A DNA stretch of 64,000 nt from positions 620,001-684,000 of the forward strand of contig JASVEC010000020.1 in assembly GCA_030770535.1 (NCBI GenBank), given 5' to 3'. Under the pieces are notes generated by a model. That model ran no database searches. It was not told where the DNA came from and saw nothing but the letters and a program-made list of their open reading frames with translations. Source of the stretch: Batkoa obscura. Lineage: Eukaryota. This document shows, piece after piece, positions 23,545 through 34,519 of this stretch (position 1 is the first letter of the stretch; the number at the start of each line of letters is the position of its first letter). Position numbers and translations under genes: made by a program.

Positions 23545-25892
23545 ATGCCATCTACCAATTTGTCTGTCTTTTGGTGTCATCAATGTTTAACCGAAATTAA
23601 TCCTATGTATATACCAGATCCAACCTGTCCACTTTGTCATGGTAGTTTTGTAGAAAAGGTAAGTTTTAGTTAAGCTTTATTGCCTCAATTTTTAAAATAT
23701 TAATAATCTCCAATTAAAGATAGAAGAAGGTGACGCCCCAATTGATTTTATGTTTGATAATTATAGTTCACAAAGAACGGATACTAATAATGAATTTTAT
23801 CAAAATCATCCTTTTCAATTAATCTTTGATACTGTCTTGAGTTATATACAAGAACCTACAAACCAAACAGTTAACGTCAATACAACTAATCAAAGCGATG
23901 ATTCTGTAATTATATTAAATGATTCAGATGATGGATTACCTCCTTTACCTGAACCATTGCCTGAGGATGAAAGAGAAGAGGCGTCACCATTTGTAGAAGG
24001 AGTAGATATTCAAAACACCAGTTCTAATGAATCAATTACTACTAATATGTTTAATACAATTAACAATTATATTTCTGGATTTGGTACTAGTAATGTTCGA
24101 TCTCAAACTGAAGCCAATCCAATATCTCAGCTTCATCCTAGAATGGATAATAACAATCGAAGAAATCAACAAGTTTATCAAAGATTAAATAGAAGCAGGC
24201 TATCCCCATTATACCCTGATCCAATCGATATATCAGAAGATAGAAACGATTTATTAAATTTATCCGATAATGATACTTCTTCCAATAATAGTAATAATTC
24301 GAATTTATTTCATCAAATGGAACAACAGTATTTAACGATTCGAGAAAATCGAACAAGGAGCCAAGGTGATATAAGTGATGATCAAAGTGATAATTCAGAT
24401 ATTCAAATTATTAGTGAAAGTAGGAGAAGAGAAGACTCGGATGTTCAGTTTGTAAGTGAAAGCAGAAATAATAGGAGTAGGAATAGAAATAGAAACAGGG
24501 ATAGAAGAAGGAGTTTTGAAGCTGAAATTGATGATGATTTAAATCGAGTTAGGGAGTTAGATTATACTCTTGATAGTGATAATAATGAAAGAAATCGTAA
24601 TAGAAATACAAGGTATTTTAATGATCCTATAGCTATCGGGGATGATGAGGATGAAGAAGAAGTATATATTCCTCATGAAAATGCATTCTATTATTCACCA
24701 GAAAGAAATTTAAGTCATAGGCAAATTAAATTTATATATTTAAAAACAATGGATTTAATTTTTAATAAATAGACGTAACCAACGTCGGTTATCTTCAAGA
24801 GCTTATTTTGCTTGGGATGCTAATCAAGATATTATTAGTCCAGAAAATGAAATTGAAAATGATCCTATTTTATCAAGTGGGGATAATAGGTAAATGAAGT
24901 TGCTTTATATTCATAATAATAGTAATATGAATGACAATTAATAATAAATATTAATAGTCCTATTCGAGAAAATTTTGGTTTAAATGAAAGTCGAACTCAT
25001 CGGTAAGTTTTCGTTTTAACGAAAACTAACTTAAAGGATTAACAGGTTTTAGATTAACCCGACAAAATGCTAATCTGGGTCAAATTTTGAGTAACAGGTA
25101 AAGAATGGATTTATTTAGATACAAATCAAGCAGAACTAAATTAACTTATAACCTAGTTTACCACGTCAAGATATTAATTTAGGTATAGAAGACGAAATTG
25201 ATAGGTAAAATAAAATAAAAAATAAAAAATAAAAGTTAATTAATCAATAATAATTTATAGCCCCACTCTTGAAGATGAAAGTCCAAGTTATAGCAGTATA
25301 TTTGAATTAATAAGGAGAGTAACTGGAATTGTTGGTAATCCACGGGATTATGTGAATGGTAATCAAGCTTTTGATAATGTTGTTTCTCAATTATTAGAAC
25401 AATCAAGAGGGTAAGTTATTAGATGTTTCAACTTATTTATTTCAATTCCAATTTACAAAATAATTCATATAGTACTAATTTACCACCCCCAGCCAGTTTA
25501 GATATAATTAAAAATTTACCGAAAATTCAGGTTTGTTCTAATAATGGTAAGTAAATATCTTCTAGTTAAATGTAATTTTTTTAAAATTTTGTTAGTTTTA
25601 ATATTAATCTTAATTTCAAATTAATCCTTTTTTTCTACATTTTAGCTTACCCTGATGAATGTGCAGTATGTAAAGATGAATATAAACAATATGATATGAT
25701 TACTACTTTACCTTGTTTACACATTTATCATTTTCCATGTATTGAATCTTGGTTATTAAGAAATGGTACTTGCCCTATTTGGTAAGTTAATTACAATTAA
25801 TATGAATTTTATAGTTATATTTATTTTAATAAACTTTTTTTTCTATTTTTAGTCGCTTTTCACTTCTAGAAAATCAAGTAAATTCACCATAA
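23545..25892 (+). CDS. RNF126/RNF115-like RING-H2 E3 ubiquitin ligase, 10 exons
   Basis: Exon 1 zinc ribbon FWCHQC...TCPLCHGSFVEKIE; GNPRDYV...DNVVSQLLEQ...PPPAS...I.NLP; RING-H2 CAVCKDEY...LPCLHIYHFPCIESWL..NGTCPICR. Exons: 23545-23658, 23720-24720, 24773-24889, 24958-25002, 25053-25097, 25157-25204, 25261-25410, 25473-25546, 25646-25781, 25853-25892. Confidence 0.88.
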
Positions 25893-27341
25893 ATAGTTAG
25901 TGAATAGTTAGTTTGAAGAATGAGTAATGAGTTATTTATTAGTTGCTTTGTTAGAAGTATGGATCTATATTAAGTATGATTGTTTTTAGTTATTGATATA
26001 AAGCTTTAGTTTATTTTATTGTAATGCTAACTTATTTTAGTTACAAATATTATCAGTTTTAATAATATCAATTTTTATAATATTATGAATTTTATTTTAT
26101 AATGATTGAAAAATGAATTTTTTAAAGGAGTTTGATTTTATTGTTTTTAAAGACCAAATATTTGACTTATTTATAGCTATCAAATGTTCATGTTTTTATT
26201 TTAGTTGCCTTGTATAAATCGGTTTGATTTTAATATATTAAATATATTTGTTTATAATACAATTATTTTTTAGAATATACTAAAATAAAAGTCTAAACCC
26301 AATATTCGAATGAATTATAAAATAAAACAGTTGAAAAATAAAATAGTTGAAATTTAATAAAACTCCTTTTTAATATTACTTTCATAAAACTAGATTTTGC
26401 TATAATAAGTATTTCTGTAATTTTATGATTTTTAAGCTAAGTCTAAAACTTACCAACTAGCTTTTAACTTAGTTTATTTAAATGAAATCTTTAATTTAAT
26501 ATAAACAAATTTTTTAACCACTTGAATACCATGAGTGAGCTCTGCTTGCCAAATTTTTGTTAATGAAAATTCAATTATGACGAACTTGTGCGGTTTAAAT
26601 TAATTAGCCCTTTGAATGTTGAGTTTCAAAAAGTACCAATCTAATTACCATAGAATAAATTAGACATCATGATCTACTTAAACACTAAAAATTTGAGAAG
26701 TCTGATACTCAAAGGATTAAACAAAATTTTGTTCAATAGTAAAAATATTTTGTTGGATTGTTTTTGTTCATTATTAAAAAATATCAATGATTAAAATTAA
26801 ACTAACTTAGCTAAGATCTTTATTATGATTAAGTACAATAAAACAACTAGAATTGTCTATTTTTTTGAAATATTATTAATAAGGAAATAACGTTAATAGT
26901 CAAAACGTTTAATTTCTATTTAGAATGAATTTAGAATTAGTTGACTTTTTCAAAACAAATCTAATGAATTTAATTAAACTTTATTTTTGCAACTAATTTT
27001 GTAACATAAACTTCATTTTCTATGAAATTCAAACTTTTAAGCAACTTCACAGGCTTATTTATTCTGTTAAACTCTGTAGGCGATAAATCTCGAAAATTTA
27101 ACCATAGTAATTATATAATGAATTCATAAATTTCCAAAAATTAACTAAAGTTAAAAACTCAAATCCAAGCGCAGTAATTAATTTGCTTGCTCTACTCCGG
27201 CTAAAACGCTTCGGCGATAATTTTGACTCAAAATAAAGACAACAATGAAATCGTTAATCATTCAACGATACTGATAACCCGACAAAGTTTTTTCTTTGAA
27301 TAGTATATAAAGCTAAAAAAATGATGACATAGATATCATTA

Positions 27342-29604
27342 AAAAAATTTCGACTATGCTAAGTAATACATTATTAGTAATCCCAGTTCAACAATCCACC
27401 CATTTAATTCAACATGGTATTGTTGGCATTGGTATGAGAGCCATGTGTAAGTGCTGTTTTAAAGTTCTTTTTTATCTTAATAACTTTATTAAATAGTGAT
27501 AAATGGACGTGCATTATCTACTTCAAGTGCTAAAAAACCAGTAAATTTTAAGGTTAATGATGAGTATTTAAAATCATTCAACAATCAACAAGTACGTGAT
27601 TATCATAATAGTAACCATCGTAAAGATTATGATTTTTCTTATTCAAAAGATCGAAATAGATGGTATGATCAACCAGAAGGAATGATGAATATGAGAGATA
27701 AGTGCCAAGAAATGAAAGAGTATAAGAACTATATGAATACAAAATATCGCTGTGGACCACCAAGTAAACTTAAAGTAGTTGGTAGTGTATTAGGTGGTAT
27801 TTTCGTCATCACTCATTTACCAAGCATATTCACATTAGTAGCAGGTGGTGCTCTAGGAGTAGCAGCTTATCGTTGGATGAGTTTTTCAAAAAGATATGGA
27901 GATAATCCAAGCTTTAGTTTTCAATATCCAGATACTACTTCTATTATAAAGAACGCATTTAAAGACCCAAGTTCATTTAGATACTTCATGAATGAATCAA
28001 ATGGAGTTCAATCTAAATCAAAAGATCAAGTACCAGATATGAAAAATATATCTTGGAGTGTCTTCCATCAAATGTTCCCCAATGTAGGTGATAGAGCTTT
28101 AAAAATGCAAAAAGAGGTTGAGAAATTACGTGAGACAGTCATTTCAAGGGTACAATTTGATATTGCTAATGAAGAAAGCGAATTCAATAAATATATTCGT
28201 CAAATAATTGCACAAAACAACAATGGGAATAGTAGTTTCTTTGATGCTAAATTATTGACCTTTGAACCTTATGCTGATGTCAAATTTCATTCTAACGATG
28301 GCTTAATTCATATTGAAATGGTAGCTAAATATCCAAGCAATAACTTTGGTTTACAAGAAAATCGATTTCTTTTTTATGCTGAAGGAAAATTAGTTAACAA
28401 TACTAATAACAATGAACCTAATTCAGTCCAAGATAAAGAACTCATTGTTACTAAACTTTCTGCAGTTTGTCTCAAAACTTGGAAAGCTATGCAATTTAAT
28501 TTATCTTAATTTACCTTTATATTCTTCATTCTATCTCACAACTTATTAAATGTCAATAATATTAGACTTTTAATTATAATCTACGTTTTTAACATGATTT
28601 TTATGTTTTCTATTTTTGATAAGTCAGTATTTTTGTTAAAGTGAAGTTAAATCTGCAATTTTATAAAATGGAACTTAATTAACGCCGTAGTTTCAAAATA
28701 CTTCCAATTTAAAAACACTATCTGCGAAATAGAACTAATGGTAATAATAATATATTTGGGAGTAAGGCATAAAAGAAAATTCAAGGGCTTGAATGTGATT
28801 TTAATTTATGTTTTTATTTAATTATTTTATAATGTGAAGATAATGATGAATGCCTCATTACTTTATTTTATTCTTTTGAGTCCAGACAAGGGTCTCGAAT
28901 TAATTACTTGTCTAAATAATAAAGTATAGTATTTATGATAACAATACTTGGAAAATTAACAAGCATTAGCCTTTTCAAAATGAGCATTATAATATGTTAC
29001 ATGAGATTTCGAATCAAGTAATTTATCAGAAACACTTAATGCACAAGCAGGATCTTCTAATACGGAACTATCACAGTAATTTGTAGATGGCCCATTGATA
29101 AAGAGCTCATTAGTATGATGGGCGTAGTTAAAAATAGATAATGGTGGTAATCTAGGTACGGGATCATTATAGTTCACAGATCTAGCAACAGTGATTGGTA
29201 AAGCATCAAACCATTCAGCAAATTGTACATTTCCAGTACGTGGTTGTCCATAAGTATATAGTTCTAACTTATCCCATGGTAAATTAAGTTTATCCTTAAT
29301 CTTTAACATAGCCAAAGAAGCCATAGCCCCACCTAATGAATGACCAATGACTTTAATTTTGTAGTTTGAGTATTGCTGGTTTTGTAACAAGGTCTTTAAT
29401 CCATTTAAAAAAGAACCTGAAATGGATTCCATAGCGCCTAAAAATCCATTGTGTACTCTAGCATCTTTACTATTAATACTACCAAATTTCCCTTGGATAA
29501 CAAGGATATTATTAGCCCAATTCATTAGATTTTCCGTACCACGAAAAGATAATATAATGGCTTGGTCATTATGATTTAAAGCTAAATAACCTTTTGTTCC
29601 TAAG
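27342..29604. repeat. Right arm of the 2263-bp inverted repeat
   Basis: Reverse complement of 2113-4375. Confidence 0.95.
27356..28509 (+). CDS. Uncharacterised, probably mitochondrial membrane protein, copy 2 (intron 27447-27496)
   Basis: Identical to copy 1 except one N/K substitution and absence of the upstream in-frame ATG. Confidence 0.8.
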
Positions 29605-29993
29605 AAAAAATGACTAAATATTTTCACTAATTCGGTTCCTTGTACATTTTGGCATGCTTTACAGTCCCATCTTTTCAAATTATTATCATCACATAAGGCT
29701 GCTGAGGCATAATGAGCGTATCTTATAACAGTACTCATATCTGGTTTAAGTGTGTTATCTATTATTTGTTTGTTGTACCATTTATCACTTTTTATCGGTG
29801 CTGGACTTGTGGTGTTTTTTTGAATCAGAGTAGGTGGGCTAATTTGCTGTGTTGAAGAAGGGTTATTTGAATGTGATAAAGAAAAATGATTATTTTGTTG
29901 AACTAAAGTAGTTGAGTTACTTTGATCTGGTACAACATTAGGATGAATTGTATTGATCAAAAACAATGCTATTAAATAAGTAAAAGATTTCAT
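28956..29993 (-). CDS. Secreted class-3 lipase
   Basis: Identical to the 1751 lipase from LGTKG onward; different signal and propeptide. Start placed at MKSFTY by alignment (an upstream ATG exists at 30002). Confidence 0.95.
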   Translation of the reverse strand: MKSFTYLIALFLINTIHPNVVPDQSNSTTLVQQNNHFSLSHSNNPSSTQQISPPTLIQKNTTSPAPIKSDKWYNKQIIDNTLKPDMSTVIRYAHYASAALCDDNNLKRWDCKACQNVQGTELVKIFSHFFLGTKGYLALNHNDQAIILSFRGTENLMNWANNILVIQGKFGSINSKDARVHNGFLGAMESISGSFLNGLKTLLQNQQYSNYKIKVIGHSLGGAMASLAMLKIKDKLNLPWDKLELYTYGQPRTGNVQFAEWFDALPITVARSVNYNDPVPRLPPLSIFNYAHHTNELFINGPSTNYCDSSVLEDPACALSVSDKLLDSKSHVTYYNAHFEKANAC

Positions 29994-31554
29994 ATAAAGC
30001 ATTAAATGAATATTTAAATTTTCTTAATGAATTTACATTCTATGAAGCACTTTATATACAGCTATACTTATATGAAGTCTTTTAATTCTAAATATATGCA
30101 TATTTGTTCTTTTTTCTCCAAGTATTTGATATATAGCATACATTTTTGTGGGGCTTTTAAAATACTAAATCCACAAAAAATTTTAATTATTTTAAGGCAA
30201 ATTAACTAGCTAATTTACGCTGAAACAAATCAAAATAGTTATACAACTGTTAAATCTCAATTGTGCAGTAGCTAGCTGCCCATTCTAGAATAAAAAAAAA
30301 GAATGGAGATGTAAATCAACATAATCATAAGAATTATTACTTTTGTAGGTTGCCACTAGCTACTGTACAATTAAATTATAACAGCTTTAACCAAAAACAG
30401 ACAATTGAGATTTATGCTAAAATTATGCTTTTTGATACCCCACTTGTTTTTTGTTTTTTTCGATACTCCTTGTTTCACTAATCTTATAATTTTTTCATTT
30501 AAGGGGTTATGTTATTCTGTAACATGTTAAAGCAGTAAATCTAACTTTAATAGCTGGAATTTTAATATTTATCTTTAAAGCTTAGTATCAAAAATAATTT
30601 ATAATTTGTATTTTGATTTCGTATTCAATTTATTGTAAATTTATAAATATTAAAGTTTGACTGTTTAAGAATTGTTTAATGAGACTCTATAAATAACTTA
30701 TCCAATATTAGGTGCCAGAAGCTAACTATTATACTAATCAAAAAGAAGGTTTCAAAGGCTTGTTTTCAATAAAAATATTTTTTACTCAATTTGTTATTTT
30801 AATTTTAATGTTTTATAATGCAACCCTTCATAGCATTTTGTGAAATTTATTTTTAATTTTAACCTATAACCATTTCAGATTTTAACCTTTTGAACCACTT
30901 TCGACTTTCTAAAATTCAACTTAAATATTTACTTGTAACAATCGTAGCTCAAGAATGTAATGCTTTTATCTATAAGATATAAATATTGAACGCCAAAATA
31001 ATTTGATATCCTCAAAGACGAAGCTTAAACATCTAAACAGATTTATAAATCCAATTGGCATGGAAAAAACTACTGCATAAACTAATTCAACATGCTAAGA
31101 AAATTCTAAAAAAGCTTCCTAAATTAAAAGATCAACTTTAAAATATACTTAAATAGATTGCATATTCATGTATCTATTTCCAATAGCCCCTGGGTTGATG
31201 ATTTTCATATACCTATAAGTGTACAAATGCTAAGTTCGATGTTGGGGAGAGAATAAAAAAATGATTTTAAAGAGGCCGTAAATATAATATAGCATAAAAT
31301 AATAAGAGAATAATTTGGGTTTTATCTTTATTTTGCTCGGATATTAAGTAACTAGATAACTTACTTTATTTATAATTAGTAACTGCCCCATAGAGCTTTA
31401 TATTATCTGGCTCCTCCCAAATCCTCAAACTTTATTATAAATAAGGATTCTGGGGAAGGAGAACACCTAGGATAACTATAGGTTATAAAAATATTCAAAA
31501 AGTGACTGTATATGATAAAAAAACATTAAAAAACAAATCTAATTATCAATTAAT

Positions 31555-32484
31555 ATGAAGCCTATCATTTATTCTTTGACACTATTTTTAATTAATATAG
31601 CTTCTCCTATTGCAGTCCCAATACAAAACAACACGAATCCGATAACAAGAGACACAAGATGGTACACTAAACAAATTACAGACAATACAATTGAGCCAAG
31701 TATAAGTAATGCTATGATATATGTTAACTATGCTGCTGCAGTATCATGTGATAATATTAGCTTAAAAACTTGGACTTGTAAATCATGTCAAAATGTACAA
31801 GGAACCGAATTAGTAACAACATTTAGCAATATTTTGTTAGGGACGAAAGGTTATTTAGCAGTAAACAATAATGATCAAGCCATTATATTGACTTTTCGCG
31901 GCTCCCAAAATTTAATGAATTGGATAAGCAATATAGAGGTTGCTCAAATACCCTTTAGTAGTGCAAGTGGTAGTGGTGCACGAGTGCATAGCGGCTTTTT
32001 AGGCGCTATGGAATCCATTTCAGGTTCTTTTTTAAATGGATTAAAGACCTTGTTACAAAACCAGCAATACTCAAACTACAAAATTAAAGTCATTGGTCAT
32101 TCATTAGGTGGGGCTATGGCTTCTTTGGCTATGTTAAAGATTAAGGATAAACTTAATTTACCATGGGATAAGTTAGAATTATATACTTATGGACAACCAC
32201 GTACTGGAAATGTACAATTTGCTGAATGGTTTGATGCTTTACCAATCACTGTTGCTAGATCTGTGAACTATAATGATCCCGTACCTAGACTGCCACCTCC
32301 ATCCGTGTTTAACTACGCCCATCATACTAATGAGCTGTTTATTAATGAATCATCGACAAACTATTGCAATCCTTCAGTACTAGAAGACCCTACTTGCGCA
32401 CTGAGTGTCCCTACCAAATTACTTGATGCTAATTCTCATTTAACTTATTATAATGTTCCACTTGCAGCATCTAATGCATGTTGA
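31555..32484 (+). CDS. Secreted class-3 lipase
   Basis: Signal peptide, TFRGS, GHSLGG, GQPRTGN, DPVPRLPP, HLTY. Confidence 0.95.
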   Translation: MKPIIYSLTLFLINIASPIAVPIQNNTNPITRDTRWYTKQITDNTIEPSISNAMIYVNYAAAVSCDNISLKTWTCKSCQNVQGTELVTTFSNILLGTKGYLAVNNNDQAIILTFRGSQNLMNWISNIEVAQIPFSSASGSGARVHSGFLGAMESISGSFLNGLKTLLQNQQYSNYKIKVIGHSLGGAMASLAMLKIKDKLNLPWDKLELYTYGQPRTGNVQFAEWFDALPITVARSVNYNDPVPRLPPPSVFNYAHHTNELFINESSTNYCNPSVLEDPTCALSVPTKLLDANSHLTYYNVPLAASNAC

Positions 32485-33238
32485 AATTATTAAAATCATA
32501 AATTACCTAATATTACTCCATTTAATAAAAAATACTGATTTGATGTCGATTAGTAGGATTTATATTTTTAAAATTTGTGATCATAAAGTTTGTTTGTTAT
32601 AATTACAGTAATTCTAAAAAACTTAAATTAGGTAGAAGAATAGTATAATTTTTGCTAATTTTCTAAAGTTTTTGTACAAACATTAAAATCATTTTTAACT
32701 CACTGTTTATGGACAAGCTTTGAAACCTTAAAATTTCAAGAAAAAAACCACTAGTTTGATTTAAGCTTAAAGTTGTAAAATTATGAGAATTTAAATTGGG
32801 AAGATGCAACCATTTTTACTATATAACTGTTGCAACTTTATTGCAACCTAACCGATTAATCATTTAAGAATAAAATTGTACTGAAAGCATGCCGAAAACT
32901 AAAACTAGATTAATAGAAAACCAAACAAATAAAACTGGCTCTAAAGATTGCTACAAATTAGATTAAAGTAGAATTCCAGCAGCTGTATTTTTGTTTACAA
33001 TTTTCCAAAAGCCTAAAAATTAAGTTTGTCCCAATAACTAAATTTTCGTTAAACTATTACCAACTGGTAACGATTTTATATGATAATAGCAATTATCATA
33101 TAAAATTATTATTTACTAATAGTAACTTTAATGCTGAAAATTTAGTCATCAACATACTATTTTCAAAAATTTAAATTATATTAGATTGCTGGCTGTTGTA
33201 AATAACAAGCACTTTAGGGAATAAAAATATCTCCTTAT

Positions 33239-33330
33239 GTTTTTTTGGCTTCATTATTTTTTCCATCTTTTGAGCACTATTTGAGTGGAAAAATTGTTAG
33301 TAAAATCCTTAAATACAAAAACACATCCCC
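33239..33330 (+). mobile_element. MITE, 5'-truncated
   Basis: Body and 3' TIR present. Confidence 0.8.
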
Positions 33331-33400
33331 ATAAGATGTTCGAATTAGTTCCAGAATTTAGTTAATCCAAATTTTGTTTTTAAATAAGTCCTTAACATAT

Positions 33401-33499
33401 GGGAGTGTTTTTTTTGACTTCATTATTTTTTCCATTTTCTAAGCACTATTTAAGCGGAAAATTCGTTAGTAAAATTCTTAAACACAAAAATACATCCCC
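33401..33499 (+). mobile_element. ~99-bp MITE
   Basis: TSD ATAT/ATAT. Confidence 0.88.
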
Positions 33500-33722
33500 A
33501 TATAATTAGTCAAATTTAAAAAACTTGAAAAATTTCGACTTGAAGGATTTTTTTAATTAAATGTCTTATATTATTTTTATTAAATGTCTAATAGATATAT
33601 AATATATAAATATATAGCTATTTTATTTTATTTTTCATTAAAATAAAAATAAAATACAAGCTTCTATGAATAAACTTAAAATATAAAGTTCTGAAAGTTT
33701 TAATATAATAAAAAGTACACTA

Positions 33723-34186
33723 TGTGAAATCTGGTACTCGATGTTTAGAGTCAAGAACAGCTATTACTGGGTTGACTACACTATAAGTCGAAAGGTCTTA
33801 GTTTATGTGACTAAGATAGACTTGGATTATGAGGAATAGCACGTAATAGGTTACAAGCTATATAAGACAAATAGAATAGACAATACTAATGTAAAATCTA
33901 CGTAAAATACTATTAAGAAAACTTAGTGACTTTATTAAATGTTCGAGATATCAAAGGATAATTCAGTTAAAAAGCCTTGAACTGCTATGTTTTAGAATCT
34001 ATTTTATACTCCGATAAGTATAAATATCAAAATGAGAAGATAACATTCTTTGGGATGGAGCTAGAAATTCTCATATCAAATCAGACTAAGAACGTGGGAT
34101 TGATTTTCTCTGAGCTCGAGAACACAACAGCTTAGGCGATTGTTATGGTATAATTAACCATGGGACTGACAAAGCGGTGTTTCACA
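33723..34186 (+). mobile_element. Solo-LTR-like element (464 bp)
   Basis: TGTGAAA...TTTCACA; close match to the reverse complement of 14582-15042. Confidence 0.78.
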
Positions 34187-34189
34187 CCC

Positions 34190-34322
34190 CATAGTTTATT
34201 ACATGTTATTCTTCACAATTCAAGTCTATCTTAGTCACATAAATTAAGGCCTTTCGACTTACAGCATAATCAATTAGGCAATAGCTGTTTTTGACTCCAG
34301 TCAATAAGTACTAGATTTCATG
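34190..34322 (-). mobile_element. Inverted fragment of the same LTR-like family (first ~130 bp)
   Basis: Reverse complement aligns to 33723-33855 and 47364-47495. Confidence 0.72.
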
Positions 34323-34422
34323 AAACAAAGCTAAAAAAAGTAATTTAAGATTATCAGCTAATTTTAATATAAATAGCAATAATTTTTTCAACTTCAATTA
34401 AATTAGAACTTAAAAATTATAC

Positions 34423-34519
34423 GGGGGTGTTTTTTTAGCTTCATTATTTTTTCCATCTTTTGAGCACTATTTGAGCGGAAAAATTGCTAGTAAAATCCTA
34501 AACATAAAAATACGTCCCC
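34423..34519 (+). mobile_element. ~99-bp MITE
   Basis: Flanks ATAC/ATAT. Confidence 0.86.

Noticed and set aside
12796..25892. U12-type introns near CENATAC
   Set aside because: No RTATCCTT donor at any resolved junction; the only non-canonical intron is GC-AG.
4376..27341. Mating-type locus inside the inverted repeat
   Set aside because: No recognisable HMG-box, homeodomain, alpha-box or pheromone gene; only the architecture resembles flip/flop loci.
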